Shown here: positions 1-11,119 of the stretch, in pieces
Numbering within the stretch: position 1 is the stretch's first letter
Layout of the letters: every line of letters begins with the position of its first letter
Made by a program: the position numbers and the translations under genes
NCBI RefSeq assembly: GCF_000143415.4
Contig: NW_003314266.1
Location: forward strand, 1,448,463-1,512,462
DNA from: Selaginella moellendorffii
Lineage: Eukaryota; Plantae; Lycopodiophyta
Reading direction: 5' to 3'
Length of the DNA stretch: 64,000 bases
Notes under the pieces: model-generated
Seen by the model: only the letters and a program-made list of their open reading frames with translations
What the model was told of the DNA's origin: nothing
Databases searched by the model: none

Positions 1-1800
1 GCCTACTGTCAATGCAGGTAGTACTAAGGACAGGAGAACCATTTTTTCTGTTGAAACTATTTCAAGTCTCTAATACAAGCATTGATAACTATATAGTCTT
101 TTGAATAGCAGTGAACTTGTAAAGCTCTACTACCTTGCTAAGAAATAAATAATGGTATTCGACATCAGGCCTGTGAAGGCTTTTTGCTCCAAAGTCCATA
201 CCAACATCTTCACCAACAAAGGAAAAACAATGTTTTGGCCTCATGGCATCCAGTAGCATTTTCTCTTCTTTGCTGCATTTCCAGCAGACTGGGCAATTAG
301 GTAGTGAGACTGGTCAAAAGATAAAGTATAGATCTATTCAGGTGTTAGAAAGGGAAGGGGCTAGTTGCCAACACAGAAGAGGCCCTGAATGTTCTGGAAG
401 CACGCACTTATCACCGAAGAAGAAAATTATTTTTATCCAGTTGAATGGTGGATGGAGAGTAAGGTTTACAGGATTCATGATGTGTTGTTGGCTCTTGCTT
501 TGCACGTCTTGGAACAGAAGGCCCCAAGTGCTATTTCAAGGATGCAAGGGACGCCTTCAAGGGTAACTATAGCAAGATTTCACTATTCATGTGTGACATT
601 TCTGAGGATATTCTACCTCGAGAACTTCTGTCAGAGACCTTTGGCTCACAAACCATGAGGAACTTCTGTCCCTCAACCTTAGGTCGGGTTCCTAGAATCT
701 CAAGCATAGAGATTTCTAGAGGGACATACCTAAGAAGAGCAGGGTCAGAGTTTGCAGCACCATTTGCCTACTTCTGGATCAAAATCCTGGTCTCACTGTA
801 ATGCCAAGCCTCTCTCTTTCAAAAGTTTGAAGGTTTTGTGCCTGAAAAAGTATAGGTGGAAAGCCTGCCACATAGCATTGGACAGCTCAAGAATGTAGAG
901 ACTCTGAATTTGTCTTGAACTAAATCAGCATCCAGGTTCACTTGGAAAGTTGTGGGATGTTTCATGCTTCGACAAAGTTGGAGGTGTTGATTATTCATAC
1001 AAATCTGGTCGCAAGCATGTCTCATTTAAAAGAGTTTGGAATAAGGGGTGACGTGTCCAACAGCCGAATGTTTGATATTATGGGGTTTGAAACTTCCATT
1101 ATCAAACTGAGATTGGAGCAGATTTCCGAGGTTTGAGAATTTTGAGAGTTGGAGGCTCTGAGGAAAGTGAATTTAGGGTCATCTCCAGCATGGAGAATTT
1201 GGAAAAACTGAGTATAGGTGGGAATCGCATTGAGTATCTTTTCTTTTTTAACATGGGAAATATTTCTTATGCTCACAAGCCTCTCCCTTAGTCTTTGCAA
1301 GAAATTCATATCTCTATGTTATTACGACAGAGTGACAGCCCTTTATTCAAATGCCCATCACTGCGACGTGTCCAAGTCGAACACTTCGGCGTGCTTGCCT
1401 ACATTGCATTTGGAGGGAGGTTCCCACGACTTGAAATAATATCACTTGAGAGTTTCGGATGTCTCTCTAGATCTTTGTGCCATCCTGTCAGGTCACTGGA
1501 AAAAGAGTCTCAGTATTTCTTCCGCGTCGGAAAGAGTCGTCGATTGAGATATTTTGTTCTCCGGAAGCAAACATTAGGAAACAAAATCTACCATAACCAT
1601 CGACTTACAGTGCTCCATTATCCAGTGAAGTCTGGTACGTCGCTGGCATGCGGAGCTAGGAAATAGGGTGAAACTCTTGGCGATGAGGAGATGAAACGCG
1701 TTGAGAAGATGAAAGAGAATACGCAGTCACTACAAAGTCTGGCTAGCAAGTACTCCGATTCAAAACCTTCAAGCCGTGGTTGCGATGGTTGCAGTAAGTT
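1..1800 (+). pseudogene. Degraded NB-ARC-LRR (NLR) resistance gene remnant, probably continuing left of the window
   Basis: ~258-300 reads HFLFFAAFPADWAI (RNBS-D-like, cf. CFLYxxxFPEDxxI). ORF 389-658 has KVYRIHDVLLALA (MHD-like). Downstream fragments are LRR-like (KLEVLII, LTSLSLSLCKK, CPSLRRVQVE, FPRLEIISLESF). Many stops and frameshifts. Confidence 0.65.
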
Positions 1801-2324
1801 GCATGCATTATTTTTTATTCTTTTGTGACAACATGGTTTTGATATATAGTCACTTTCTTCTCTTTGCAAAAGAGTTCCTCAATAAAAACATAGAATCAAA
1901 TCGCTCGAACAAATAAAGCAAGTAATTGGTTCGACTGTAGTCACTCGAGCACCAGTAAGCTTGTCGGCTTCTTTTTCCTCTCACTTGCAAAATGAGGAGC
2001 AGAAAGTTTCTCCCGAGGGCGCATCCAGAGAGAAGTTGTAAAATGCGGTTGAATAATTAACGAGGCACTCAGTGTTCAGTGCCAAGCTGAAAACTAAACG
2101 CTTGAAGAGGTAGAGAAGTATTTGGGAGGGATGTTTTCGACTCTAGGAGTAACGATTTTGTGTAACTTTTTGAGATCTTTGTAGTACTATTTAGTGAAAA
2201 GTGGTCAAGGTAAAATCATGAGCGTGAGCTCGTTTTAGTTCTTTCTCGTGTGATCTTAGTTTGATATTTAGAGTCTTGAATACAAAGATTTCCATTCCTC
2301 TAGCATATTTCAAGGCAATCGTCG

Positions 2325-2960
2325 TTAAACTTTCGACTGGCCTCGAGCGCACACGTTCATGAGTCGGGTCTTCATTTTACTCACTATGCAGTTCTGATGC
2401 TTTTGCTGTTTTGTCGTCCCCGCGTTGCTTGGAGCAAAGTTGAACAGGAGATCGTTTTCCTGCAAGTGCCTCTGAAAGCCTTCAGGAGCCTTCAGAAGGC
2501 ATTGAGCTGCACGGTTTGGCTCCACCTACTGATCTTGAGCGAGTCACCGTGCTTGAGCTTGAGACAAGCACGCACCACCTTCGATCTCGCGTCGGCACCA
2601 TGTCCCTGAAGCTGCTTCTCTGCTCGGATCTTTCTTTCTCTGTCTGGCCCTTCCGGCTGGAAGAGGTAGCTAGCGCTTTCATCTAATCCACCACTTGCAG
2701 CTCCATCGCCATCGTCTTCGTTTCATTTTCGCCAAGAGCTTGCTCCAAGAGGTGGATGTAGCTTTGCAGAGAAGTTTAACGGGCAGCCTTGCGAACACCT
2801 AGATCTGCATCATCGAGCAACGAGGACAAAGCTCCCAAGACACTCGAGAGCCGGAGGGCCATGACTCTCTTCGAGCTCAGCGTAGAAAGCAGCAAACTCC
2901 AAGCTGTGATGCTCGTACCACGAGTTTGAGCACTGATGACAATCTGCCACAGAACCCTTT
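2325..2960 (-). pseudogene. Partial, decayed tandem duplicate of the 3' half of the adjacent IFRD gene
   Basis: Clear nucleotide similarity to ~3150-3870 (e.g. KALATSSSRKGQTEKERSEQRSSFRDMV vs KALAASSSRKGQTKKERSEQRSSFRDMV), with deletions and an in-frame TAG. Confidence 0.85.
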
Positions 2961-3102
2961 ATCGTGCTTGCCTCCACAAAACGGACCGAATGAGCCCTTG
3001 CGTCGCTGGCACTCAAAAAAAGAAAGAAAAGACTTCGAATGAAATCGCGGCTCCTCTAAGCTTGTCAATAGTAGCAGAAAGTTTCAAGTTTAAAACATCT
3101 TA

Positions 3103-4376
3103 TTAATTATGAATGCAATAGAAAATTTTAAGATTATCATCGCTAAAGTTACTGGCATCAAGGGCACATCTTCCTTGGTTCATGAGTTGAGTCTTCATTT
3201 TACTCACTATGCAGTTATGGTGCTTTCGCTGTTTAGTTGTCCCCTTGTAAACCACAGCATCACTTGGAACAAAGTTGAACACTTCGTGTAGGAGATTGTT
3301 TTCTTGCAAGTGCCTCTGAAAGCCTTCGCCCAGGAGCCTCCGGAAGGCATTGAGCTGCACGGTTTGGCTCCACGTACTGATCTTGAGCGAGTCACCATGC
3401 TTGAGCTTGAGACAAGTTTCGTGACATGCACCACCTTCGAGAATCGCCACCATGTCCCTGAAGCTGCTTCTCTGCTCAGATCTTTCTTTCTTCGTCTGGC
3501 CCTTCCGGCTGGAAGAGGCAGCCAGCGCTTTCATCTGATCCACCACTTGCAGCTCCACCGCCATCGTCTTCGTTTTTCACCTTTGCCAAGAGCTTGCTGC
3601 AAGAGGTGGATGCCGCCAACTTCGCAGAGAAGAGCGATGGCTTCCCCGGCAGCCTTGCGAACACCTAGATCTGGATCCTCGAGCAACGAGGACAAAGCCC
3701 CCAGGACACTCGAGAGCTGGAGGGACATGACTCTCTTGGAGCTCAATGTAGAAAGCAGCAAACTCCAAGCCATGATGGCGGCCGCCTTGACCGGAGGTGT
3801 GGGTTTGCTCGTACCAAGAGTTTGATCTGCGTGAGCACTGCCTTTGTGGATGACAATCTGCCACAGAACCTCCATCGCGCTTTCAGTGGACACCTCCACG
3901 CCACCAACGAAAGTTAACATCCCGAGAGCCTCAATCGCTGAAACCCTCGCGGCAGAATCGCGTCCGAGCTTGGAAATCTTGGAGAGATGAGGGAAGCTAT
4001 CCTCGAATACGTGCTCGGCCACTTTCCCTGCTCCCGCGGTGATGGAAACCACGGCCAGAGCACGCCCCGCAAGAACAGCCTCTGTCGAAGAACTCTGCTT
4101 GATTGACAATAGGATTTGATGAGTCAGTGTTTCATACTTCTCTTCCACGAAGTGGGTCATCACCTTCCCCATGAAACCGTCGATCAAGCCCTTCAAGCCG
4201 GCCTCTCGGGTGCTCGATCGCTTCTCGTACAAAGAATCCAAGCTTGCCTCCAAGTCGAAAAGTATGGATGAAGACTCGTCGTCCATATGCTCCGTGTCAA
4301 ACTCGTGGTGTTTGAGTTTATTCTCGGCATGCCTCTTGGACAATCTCTTTGACGATCGTACCTTAACGCACTCCAT
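3103..4376 (-). pseudogene. Interferon-related developmental regulator (IFRD1/2 family), no visible intron, frameshifted near 3570
   Basis: ORF 3531-4376 has the IFRD N-part (LDSLYEKRSSTREAGL, VRKAAGEAIALLCE). ORF 3103-3564, in another frame, has the IFRD_C part (QRSSFRDMVAILEGG, WSQTVQLNAFRRLLGEGFQRHLQENNLLHEVF). No clear intron explains the frame change. Confidence 0.8.
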
Positions 4377-4559
4377 CGCCTTTTTGTTGACTGGAAGAAT
4401 GAGAAAGCTCTAGTTCTTTATGAAGTTTTAAAGGAGATTTAATTTATGTCCTAAAAATGTAGTTAGTTTTAAATAATCAGATAAGTAAACTTTGGTTGCT
4501 TGGCTTTGTGTTAGCGGGAGAAGAAGAGACGAAGTCTCATTGTTTTTTTTTCTCTCCTT

Positions 4560-4690
4560 TTTTGTTTCATTCCGAGAGTGTTGCTGTGCAGGATATGAAA
4601 GACACTGCTCAGGAAAAGATGGAGCAGGCCAAGGACCCTTCGGACGCGTCCCAGAGGACGAAGGACAAAGCTAGAGAAACCAAGGATCTC
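4560..4690 (+). repeat. LEA-like exon fragment; left arm of an inverted repeat with ~9710-9838
   Basis: An acceptor ...gtgcag precedes DMKDTAQEKMEQAKDPSDASQRTKDKARETKD. A similar reverse-complement copy with small indels lies at ~9710-9838. Confidence 0.75.
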
Positions 4691-5350
4691 ACATTCGGGG
4701 TTTCTAGGTCCTGTATGAGCTGGGGGCGTGGATGCCAAGCGCCTCGCTTGAGCACAGGTCCAGAAGCTTGCCGAGGGAGATCCGGCTAAAATATTGCTGG
4801 ATTCGTTTCTCGCATCTTTTGATCCATTCTGTTAGATACGAAATCCAAGTCTACCGAGGCGATTCGTGGAGGAAGGTAATGACGTCTTCTGCAACAGGCT
4901 TCCTTGGTTCTAATGGTTTTCTTCTTCTTTGCCTTGCCAGCGTGAAGCACCTCAGATTTTACGATGACGATGGATCAGTCGGACAGCTGCGGCGGACGCT
5001 CAATCGTCTCCAGCTCAACCCGTTTCTTCGGGTAGCTCTGGCACCACTCAAGGCCGGCGCTTCCTCGTTGTTAACTGCTGCGAGAACAAAGCCATCTTCT
5101 TGGCTCTCATCACAATGCGTGCTCGTGACGTTCCCAAACAAATCTTGGAAAAAAAAGCGCCTCTGAGGTATGTTTGTTTTTTTTTTTTTTTTCTAGTGTT
5201 GCCTTGGGTGATGGCAGTGTGGAGTTTCTTCCACGCTTCACTTCTGGAGATGGCACCTTGGCGGCCTTTGGTGGCCCAGACGGAACAATTCGAGCTCTGC
5301 CTCTTGGAAATTGGCAGGTTTTTGCAATCCAGCTATAGTTCGTATGTAGT

Positions 5351-5477
5351 TATTGAGGGAATATTCGTGATTCCCTCTTAGGTCAAGTTGACCCGTCGTG
5401 TCTGTTTCAATAGTCAATAAGAGAGACGCCCGGCAGGCCCCGGGCGTAGCGCCAGCAGCGGCTGGCATTCCCGAATA
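5351..5477 (+). repeat. 5' LTR (127 bp, TATT...AATA termini)
   Basis: Identical to 8229-8355 by direct reading; immediately followed by a tRNA-iMet PBS. Confidence 0.95.
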
Positions 5478-8228
5478 TGGTATCGGAGCCCTGAGGGCTT
5501 CAGATCCTGGGACGATGGCGTTGCCTCTGTCAGCGTCTCAGGGCCGCTCTCTTCTCTTCAGACAGAATCCATCGATGCAGTTCAAATGAAGGACTTCGAT
5601 GAAGATGAGCTGATCACAGCTTTCTTCAAGGGGCTTAGCGGACCAATGCAACTCGCAGGGTCGCATCATTTAAGTTCCAGTAACACTTTCAGCCAGATCG
5701 TAGCTGACCTCACAGCGTTGGAGGGTTTTCTCAAGTCAGGGCAAGCGAGCTCAAATGAGAAAGAATTGGCACTCTTCGCAGGAAAGGGGAAACGATTTGT
5801 CACAGTTGGGACAGACTAGGACCAATGAACGATCAGGGCGAGAGCAGCAAACCAGAAAAGTTCAAGAAGAAAAAGAAGAATGATCGCTGTAACATTTGCA
5901 AGAAACCAGGGCACTGGGCACGAGATTGCACAGACGAAGAGGCCAAGAAAGCTAAGGAGGCTCGAAAAGCTGAGGCAAAGAGACTGGCAGCAAGAAAGAA
6001 CAAGTCGGCCAACTTTGCCAGGACAGCAGAAAGTAGCGAGGAAGACAACCAGGAGGACGTGGACGACCATGGCAGCTTGTTCATGGCCACTAGCATCCAG
6101 CAGGTTGCGAAGAACACTTTTGGCACAGAAGCAGAAGTGGTGTACCTTGATTCTGGGGCAAACAAACACATGACACACCTCAGGAAATTTCCAGCAGGGA
6201 AATTGTCCAGGACGTATGTGACAAGAAATCTCCTGCCACCGCCACAGTTTTCTCTCACGGAAGTAGCTGCGGATGACTCGGAAGAAAGTGACAACGAATG
6301 TCCAGTTAGGGCACGCGCAATCGGCAGAGCTGAAGGAGCCGGTGAGGGGAATGGAAGCGGCGACCAGGATGATCCAGGCGGTGCAGAGAGCGTGGATGGT
6401 GCTGGAGGCGATCCAAATGGAGGTGAGGGCTTGCTCCCTGAAGCTGAAGGCTTGCCACTCGACACAGCAGGCGTTGGAACAGCAAACCCAGTCGGCGGAG
6501 AGGAAGACCACGGTGGTGAGCGCACTGTTGGCAGGACCAGGGCTGAAAATAGTGAGGGCAGTTTGAGACGTTCTGGCCGTGAGCGCGCACTCACAGAGGC
6601 TCGTCAATACAGGGAGCAGCTGGACATACGAGCAGCTAAGCGGGCTTCTCGGCAAGAAACCAAGGCTGCAAGAGACCGATCAGTGACAGTGCCAATTCCT
6701 GAGACCTCTTACGATCCAGCCTTTTATTTTGCCAACTCTAGCATGGAGGAAGAAGGGGAGCAAGGCGAGAACCAGCTTCTCCTTCTCTTCAGCCATGGCC
6801 GAGCTGCACTTGTTCCGAAGACCATGGACGATGCTCTTGCCGGACCTGATGCAGATCAGTGGCGCACTGCTCGTCAAGCTGAGTATAGCTCATTGATGGA
6901 GAACAAGACCTGGGATCTTGTGGAGCTGCCACCTGGGAGGAAGGTGATTAAGACCAAGTTCCTCTTGCGGCTCAAGACAGGACCTGATGGAGACACGCGC
7001 TACAAAGTCAGATTTGTTGCGAGAGGATTCTCACAAGTCGAAGGAGTCGACTTCTATGAGACCTTTTCACCAGTGGTGAAGCTTGCATCAATTCGACTTC
7101 TCTACAACTTAGCAGCTCACGAAGACATGCACGTCGAGCACATGGATGTAACGACGGCGTTCCTGAATGGTGACTTGGAGGAGGAAGTCTACATTGAGCA
7201 ACCAGCCGGATTTATTGCCAAAGGACGAGAGCACTTGGTGTGCAAGCTCAAGAAGGCCCTCTACGGCCTGAAGCAATCGCCTCGTGCCTGCAAGTGGGAG
7301 CTCTCCTGGTGCTGTTGGCTTTGTACGTGGACGACTGCTTGCTCCTCAGCAAAAGCAAGAAGCTGATTCATCAACTGAAGAAAGATCTCAGCTCGAGATT
7401 CAAGATGGTGGATCTTGGGAGCGTCAAGTACTGTCTTGGCATCCAGATCTTCAGAGACAGGAGGAAGGGCACACTAGAAACGTCTCAGAAGAAATATATT
7501 GAAGAGCTCCTCCAGAAATTCAAGCTTAGTGACGTCAACTCTGCATCAACGCCAATGCACCTTAGTAAGGACATGGCACCTCAGATGGAAGCACCGAAAG
7601 CAGTGATGGAGACGATCCCGTACAGGCAGATGTTCCTGGCAAATCCCGGCTTCCAACACTGGCAGGCAGTTAAGCGGGTGTTTCGTTACCTGAAGGGGAC
7701 AGCCGATTATGTTTTCTGCTACACAAAACAAGAGCAGCCTCAACTCAAGCTGCAGGGATTCTCGGATGCAGACTGGGCAGGGGAAGTTGATCAGCGTAAA
7801 TCAACTTCTGGCTACGTCTTCAGCCTGGGCAGCGCAGCAGTTACATGGAGCAGCCAGCCGTGGCTCTCTCGAGCACAGAGGCTGAGTATATTGGGATGAC
7901 CCAAGCAGCGAAAGAAATTCTTTGGCTCAGGACTCTGCTGAACGGTCTAAGCTACGAGCAAGGGGAGGCAACGGTTCTGCATTGCGACAATCAAGGAGCT
8001 ATTGCCTTGACGAAGAATCCAAGATTTCATCGCAGGACAAAACACAGGTTCAGTTTCATTTTATTCGTGAACAGGTAGCGGTGAAGAAAGTGGAACTCGT
8101 CTACTGTGCTACCACGGAGATGGTGGCAGATATATTCACGAAGGCACTTCCACCAGCAGTGTTCGCGCGACACGTACAAGCTCTGGGCGTGAAGAAAAGA
8201 AGTATCGTGAGCTCAACTTGAGTGGGAG

Positions 8229-8355
8229 TATTGAGGGAATATTCGTGATTCCCTCTTAGGTCAAGTTGACCCGTCGTGTCTGTTTCAATAGTCAATAAGA
8301 GAGACGCCCGGCAGGCCCCGGGCGTAGCGCCAGCAGCGGCTGGCATTCCCGAATA
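8229..8355 (+). repeat. 3' LTR (127 bp)
   Basis: Preceded by the PPT and followed by TSD GTAGT. Confidence 0.95.
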
Positions 8356-9569
8356 GTAGTAATCCCGTACTTCCATTTGTTTCTCAGATGGCTCAAAAGT
8401 ATATTGGCGGCCACAAGGGATCAGTCGTGTGTCTCATGACTTTTATGACGTCTAGCGGTGAGGTATGTTAGAGCTTTCGGATTGACAGAGAGCGTAGTTA
8501 ACTCTCTGAATTTCCAGACGCTTTTGGTGTCCGGGGCTACCGATGTTGTATGGAATGGCGACATGTGTGTGGACGTGCACTTGTACAACAGGTTCATGGT
8601 TGCCCGCTTAATCATCCTGCTGCTCACGGTGTTAGTGCTGTTAAATGGTATGTTTTAGTACTTGCTTTAAACTGGCAGTCCATGTTTTGCAGGGCTTTCA
8701 AGCTTGGACGAGAGACCTTGCTCCATGCTACTGAAGCTTTAGATCTGCTTGGCATTTCGAAGGGGTTTGTCACTTACATTTCGGTTCTTGCTTCTTTTGT
8801 TGAGTGAGTTGCTGTTCTGTAGGCTGAAGTATGACCTCGCGATGCAGAGTGGGGAATTAAAGAGAGCTTTGCAAGCCTCGTCACGCTAAGCAATAGCAAA
8901 ACCCTTGGAACAAAAGGTGATGAAGTCAGCCTCGCCTTGACAACGGAGAAAATTGTGAAGTTCTGTGAGGAATTTCTTGAGCTGGTAGATGCCGCTGATT
9001 TCACTTCTTTTCGTTTTTGTTTCTGCTAGAGACCTAATCACCTTGCTAATGCAGTTACTGGTGGGAAGCAGCCATTGCAGCCGCTATCAGAAAAGTCATG
9101 GCATGATCGCAGAAGCGACACTTCACGCATATGTAAGTAACTGGCCTCTATTCCAAATGTTTTCTATGGAACTTTCCTTCACAGGCTCACGGAAGTCTTT
9201 CTTTGAAGTCACTGCTTGAGCGCTGGAACCGCATGCTGGATATACGCCTGACCGAGCTACTCTCCATGGAGAAGGAAGCGGACCTGGCAGAGGAAGGCAG
9301 CAATTGATTGTTCCGCCCGGTCTCGTGGCTTCGACGCAGCAAAAGAAGGAGCAGCATCAACCACAGCAGCAGCGCCACCTCCGGTTCTCATGTTGGAGGC
9401 TCCTCCTCTCCGGCTCCACTGGCGGTTGCAAGTTAAAGGTCCTATATCACAGCAGCAGGGAATCGTCGTCAGGAACCAGTTCTCCAAGTTTTCGGCGCCC
9501 TTTTGGAATAAATCAGGAGGACATGCTTAATGCGGCAAAGCTCAAGATCAAGTTTCTAAAGGTGTGCAT

Positions 9570-9860
9570 TGTTTTCTATCTTCTCTCCAGTTCCAGCTAG
9601 TGTCGTCTCTGCGGCTTGTTTCATCTTGTCGCTCATCTACAAGATTCATCTCAACACCGCATCTTTGATTCCAGAGTTTTGATTTACCTGCTGGAGCGTA
9701 CCACGCTTGATCCTTGGTTTCTCCAGTTTTGTCCTTCGTCCTCTGGGATGCGTCCGAAGGCGAGTCCTGGGCCTGCTCGTTTCCTGAGCAGTGTCTTTCA
9801 TATCCTGCACAGCAACACTCTCGGAATGAAACAAAAGAGTACCTTCAGCACTCCTGAAAC
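9570..9860 (-). pseudogene. LEA (group 3-like) gene remnant; includes the right arm of the inverted repeat with 4560-4690
   Basis: The minus strand reads DMKDTAQE...SDASQRTKDKTGETKDQA (frameshifted), then a GT...AG intron and MSDKMKQAAETT. Composition is rich in K/D/E/A/T/Q as in LEA_4-type proteins. Confidence 0.55.
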
Positions 9861-10184
9861 AAATAGGAGAGTGAACCCTAGGCCAACCTCCCAACCCTTA
9901 CAGGCTGTGGAATATTTTTGGAATATTCCTGTGGTTTGTGTCATTCTCCTCATGACCTAGCCACATATGGCAGCCTCAAGAAGCTAAATGAGCCTCACAT
10001 AAAGGGAGTCAAAGGCAATACGGCTATGAAGAAAAGATGTGCAAACAACAACACCAATGTTGCGACAAATGGCCATGAAAGAAAGAAAGCAATATAGCTT
10101 TCTCACATGACAATACGGTCATGGAAACAAAAGAATGAGAATAGAACAAATGACTCAAATTATATAACAATACAGCTATATAAT

Positions 10185-10920
10185 TCAATTCTCCCTTTTT
10201 TCAGGAATGTCATCCAAGTTATAACCAAAACTTGGAAACACTCTCTTCACATCATCTTTAATTTCCCATGTAGCTTCGTTCAATGAAAAACCATTCCACT
10301 GAACTAACAACTCCTTAGTTGTCTTCCGGCGTGTTTTCACTAATCTTTGAGCAAGAATATTGGCCGGACTAGCCTTCTCTACATCAATCTCTGAGACTTG
10401 GATGATGGATTGATCCATGACATCACCAGAGTGCAAACATGCTTTAAGCTTGCTCACATGGAATGTTGGATGAATCTTCAAACTAATTGGCAAGTCCAAA
10501 GTGTATGCAAAATCCTTTACACGTAAAATTGTCCAAAGTCCACAATACCATGGAGACAACTTAACATTGCCACCTCCTTTCAAAGACTGTTATGCATTTA
10601 ACAGCTTAAGGAAAACTTTATTACCAACTTTGTACTCTTGATGACGATGATGCTCATCATCCAATCTTTTGTCTTGCTCTTGAGCTTACCTCATGTTCAA
10701 CTTTGCCAACTCAAGCTTATCTTGCATATCCTCTAGGAAATCACAAGCATGAGGTACCCGGACTAAAGCTAAAGCTAAAGCTAAAGCCATACATTGCCAT
10801 AAAGGGATACATGCCAATAGCCGATTAATGAATGTTATTGTGAGTAAACTGAAGCAAAAGCAAGTACTTCTCCCATACTACCTACTGAGTCAAGTTTCCC
10901 ACAAAAGACCTAAGCTATTG
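10185..10920 (-). mobile_element. Ty3/gypsy chromovirus fragment: integrase C-terminus plus chromodomain
   Basis: KLSPWYCGLWTIL...AYTLDLPISLKIHPTFHVSKLK (GPY/F-type region) and ILAQRLVK...ELLVQWNGFSLNEATWE (chromodomain). Upstream WEKYLLLLQFTHNN is an integrase remnant. Confidence 0.85.
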
Positions 10921-11119
10921 TGATACTCTAGGCTATCCACCAGCTTTCTCTCCTAGCGCTTTGCATGTATCCTCCATTCCAAGCCCCTGGCAATCAACCT
11001 TCTCTTTTTCTCTTTATGGTATCAGGCAGGCTATTATCTAATATTAATACCTTAGGCCTAGTCCTTGAGTTGGAATTGCAAGTGGTGGAGGAGATCGTCA
11101 GAGGAGACTAAAGGAATAT

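Larger units (their letters stand above)
5351..8355 (+). mobile_element. Ty1/Copia LTR retrotransposon, internally deleted (non-autonomous), 3005 bp
   Basis: Identical 127-bp LTRs at 5351-5477 and 8229-8355. TSD GTAGT at 5346-5350 and 8356-8360. PBS TGGTATCGGAGCC at 5478-5490; PPT TTGAGTGGGAG at 8218-8228. Coding remnants: Gag knuckle CNICKKPGHWARDC, protease YLDSGANKHM, RT (RYKVRFVARGFSQ, HMDVTTAFLNG, YVDD), RNase H (FSDADWAG, STEAEY, ADIFTKAL). Confidence 0.97.
4708..9561 (+). pseudogene. TWD40-2: TWD40-2 (TPLATE/TSET complex WD40 subunit) pseudogene with large internal deletions, split by a Copia insertion
   Basis: Collinear fragments match my recollection of Arabidopsis TWD40-2: SVKHLRFYDDD; GTTQGRRFLVVNCCENKAIFLALITMRARDVPKQ; NWQ|MAQKYIGGHKGSVVCLMTFMTSSGE|TLLVSG; then C-terminal IVKFCEEFLELVDAAD and GMIAEATLHAY|AHGSLSLKSLLERWNRML. 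GT-AG introns are retained. Stops and frameshifts are present. Confidence 0.8.

Noticed and set aside
5816-6655. Long minus-strand ORFs (279 and 253 aa) in the Copia
   Set aside because: They are antisense shadows of the Copia polyprotein frame with no motifs.
4560-9860. Formal Pack-MULE call
   Set aside because: The inverted arms look like LEA exon sequence rather than TIRs, and I found no 9-11 bp TSD.
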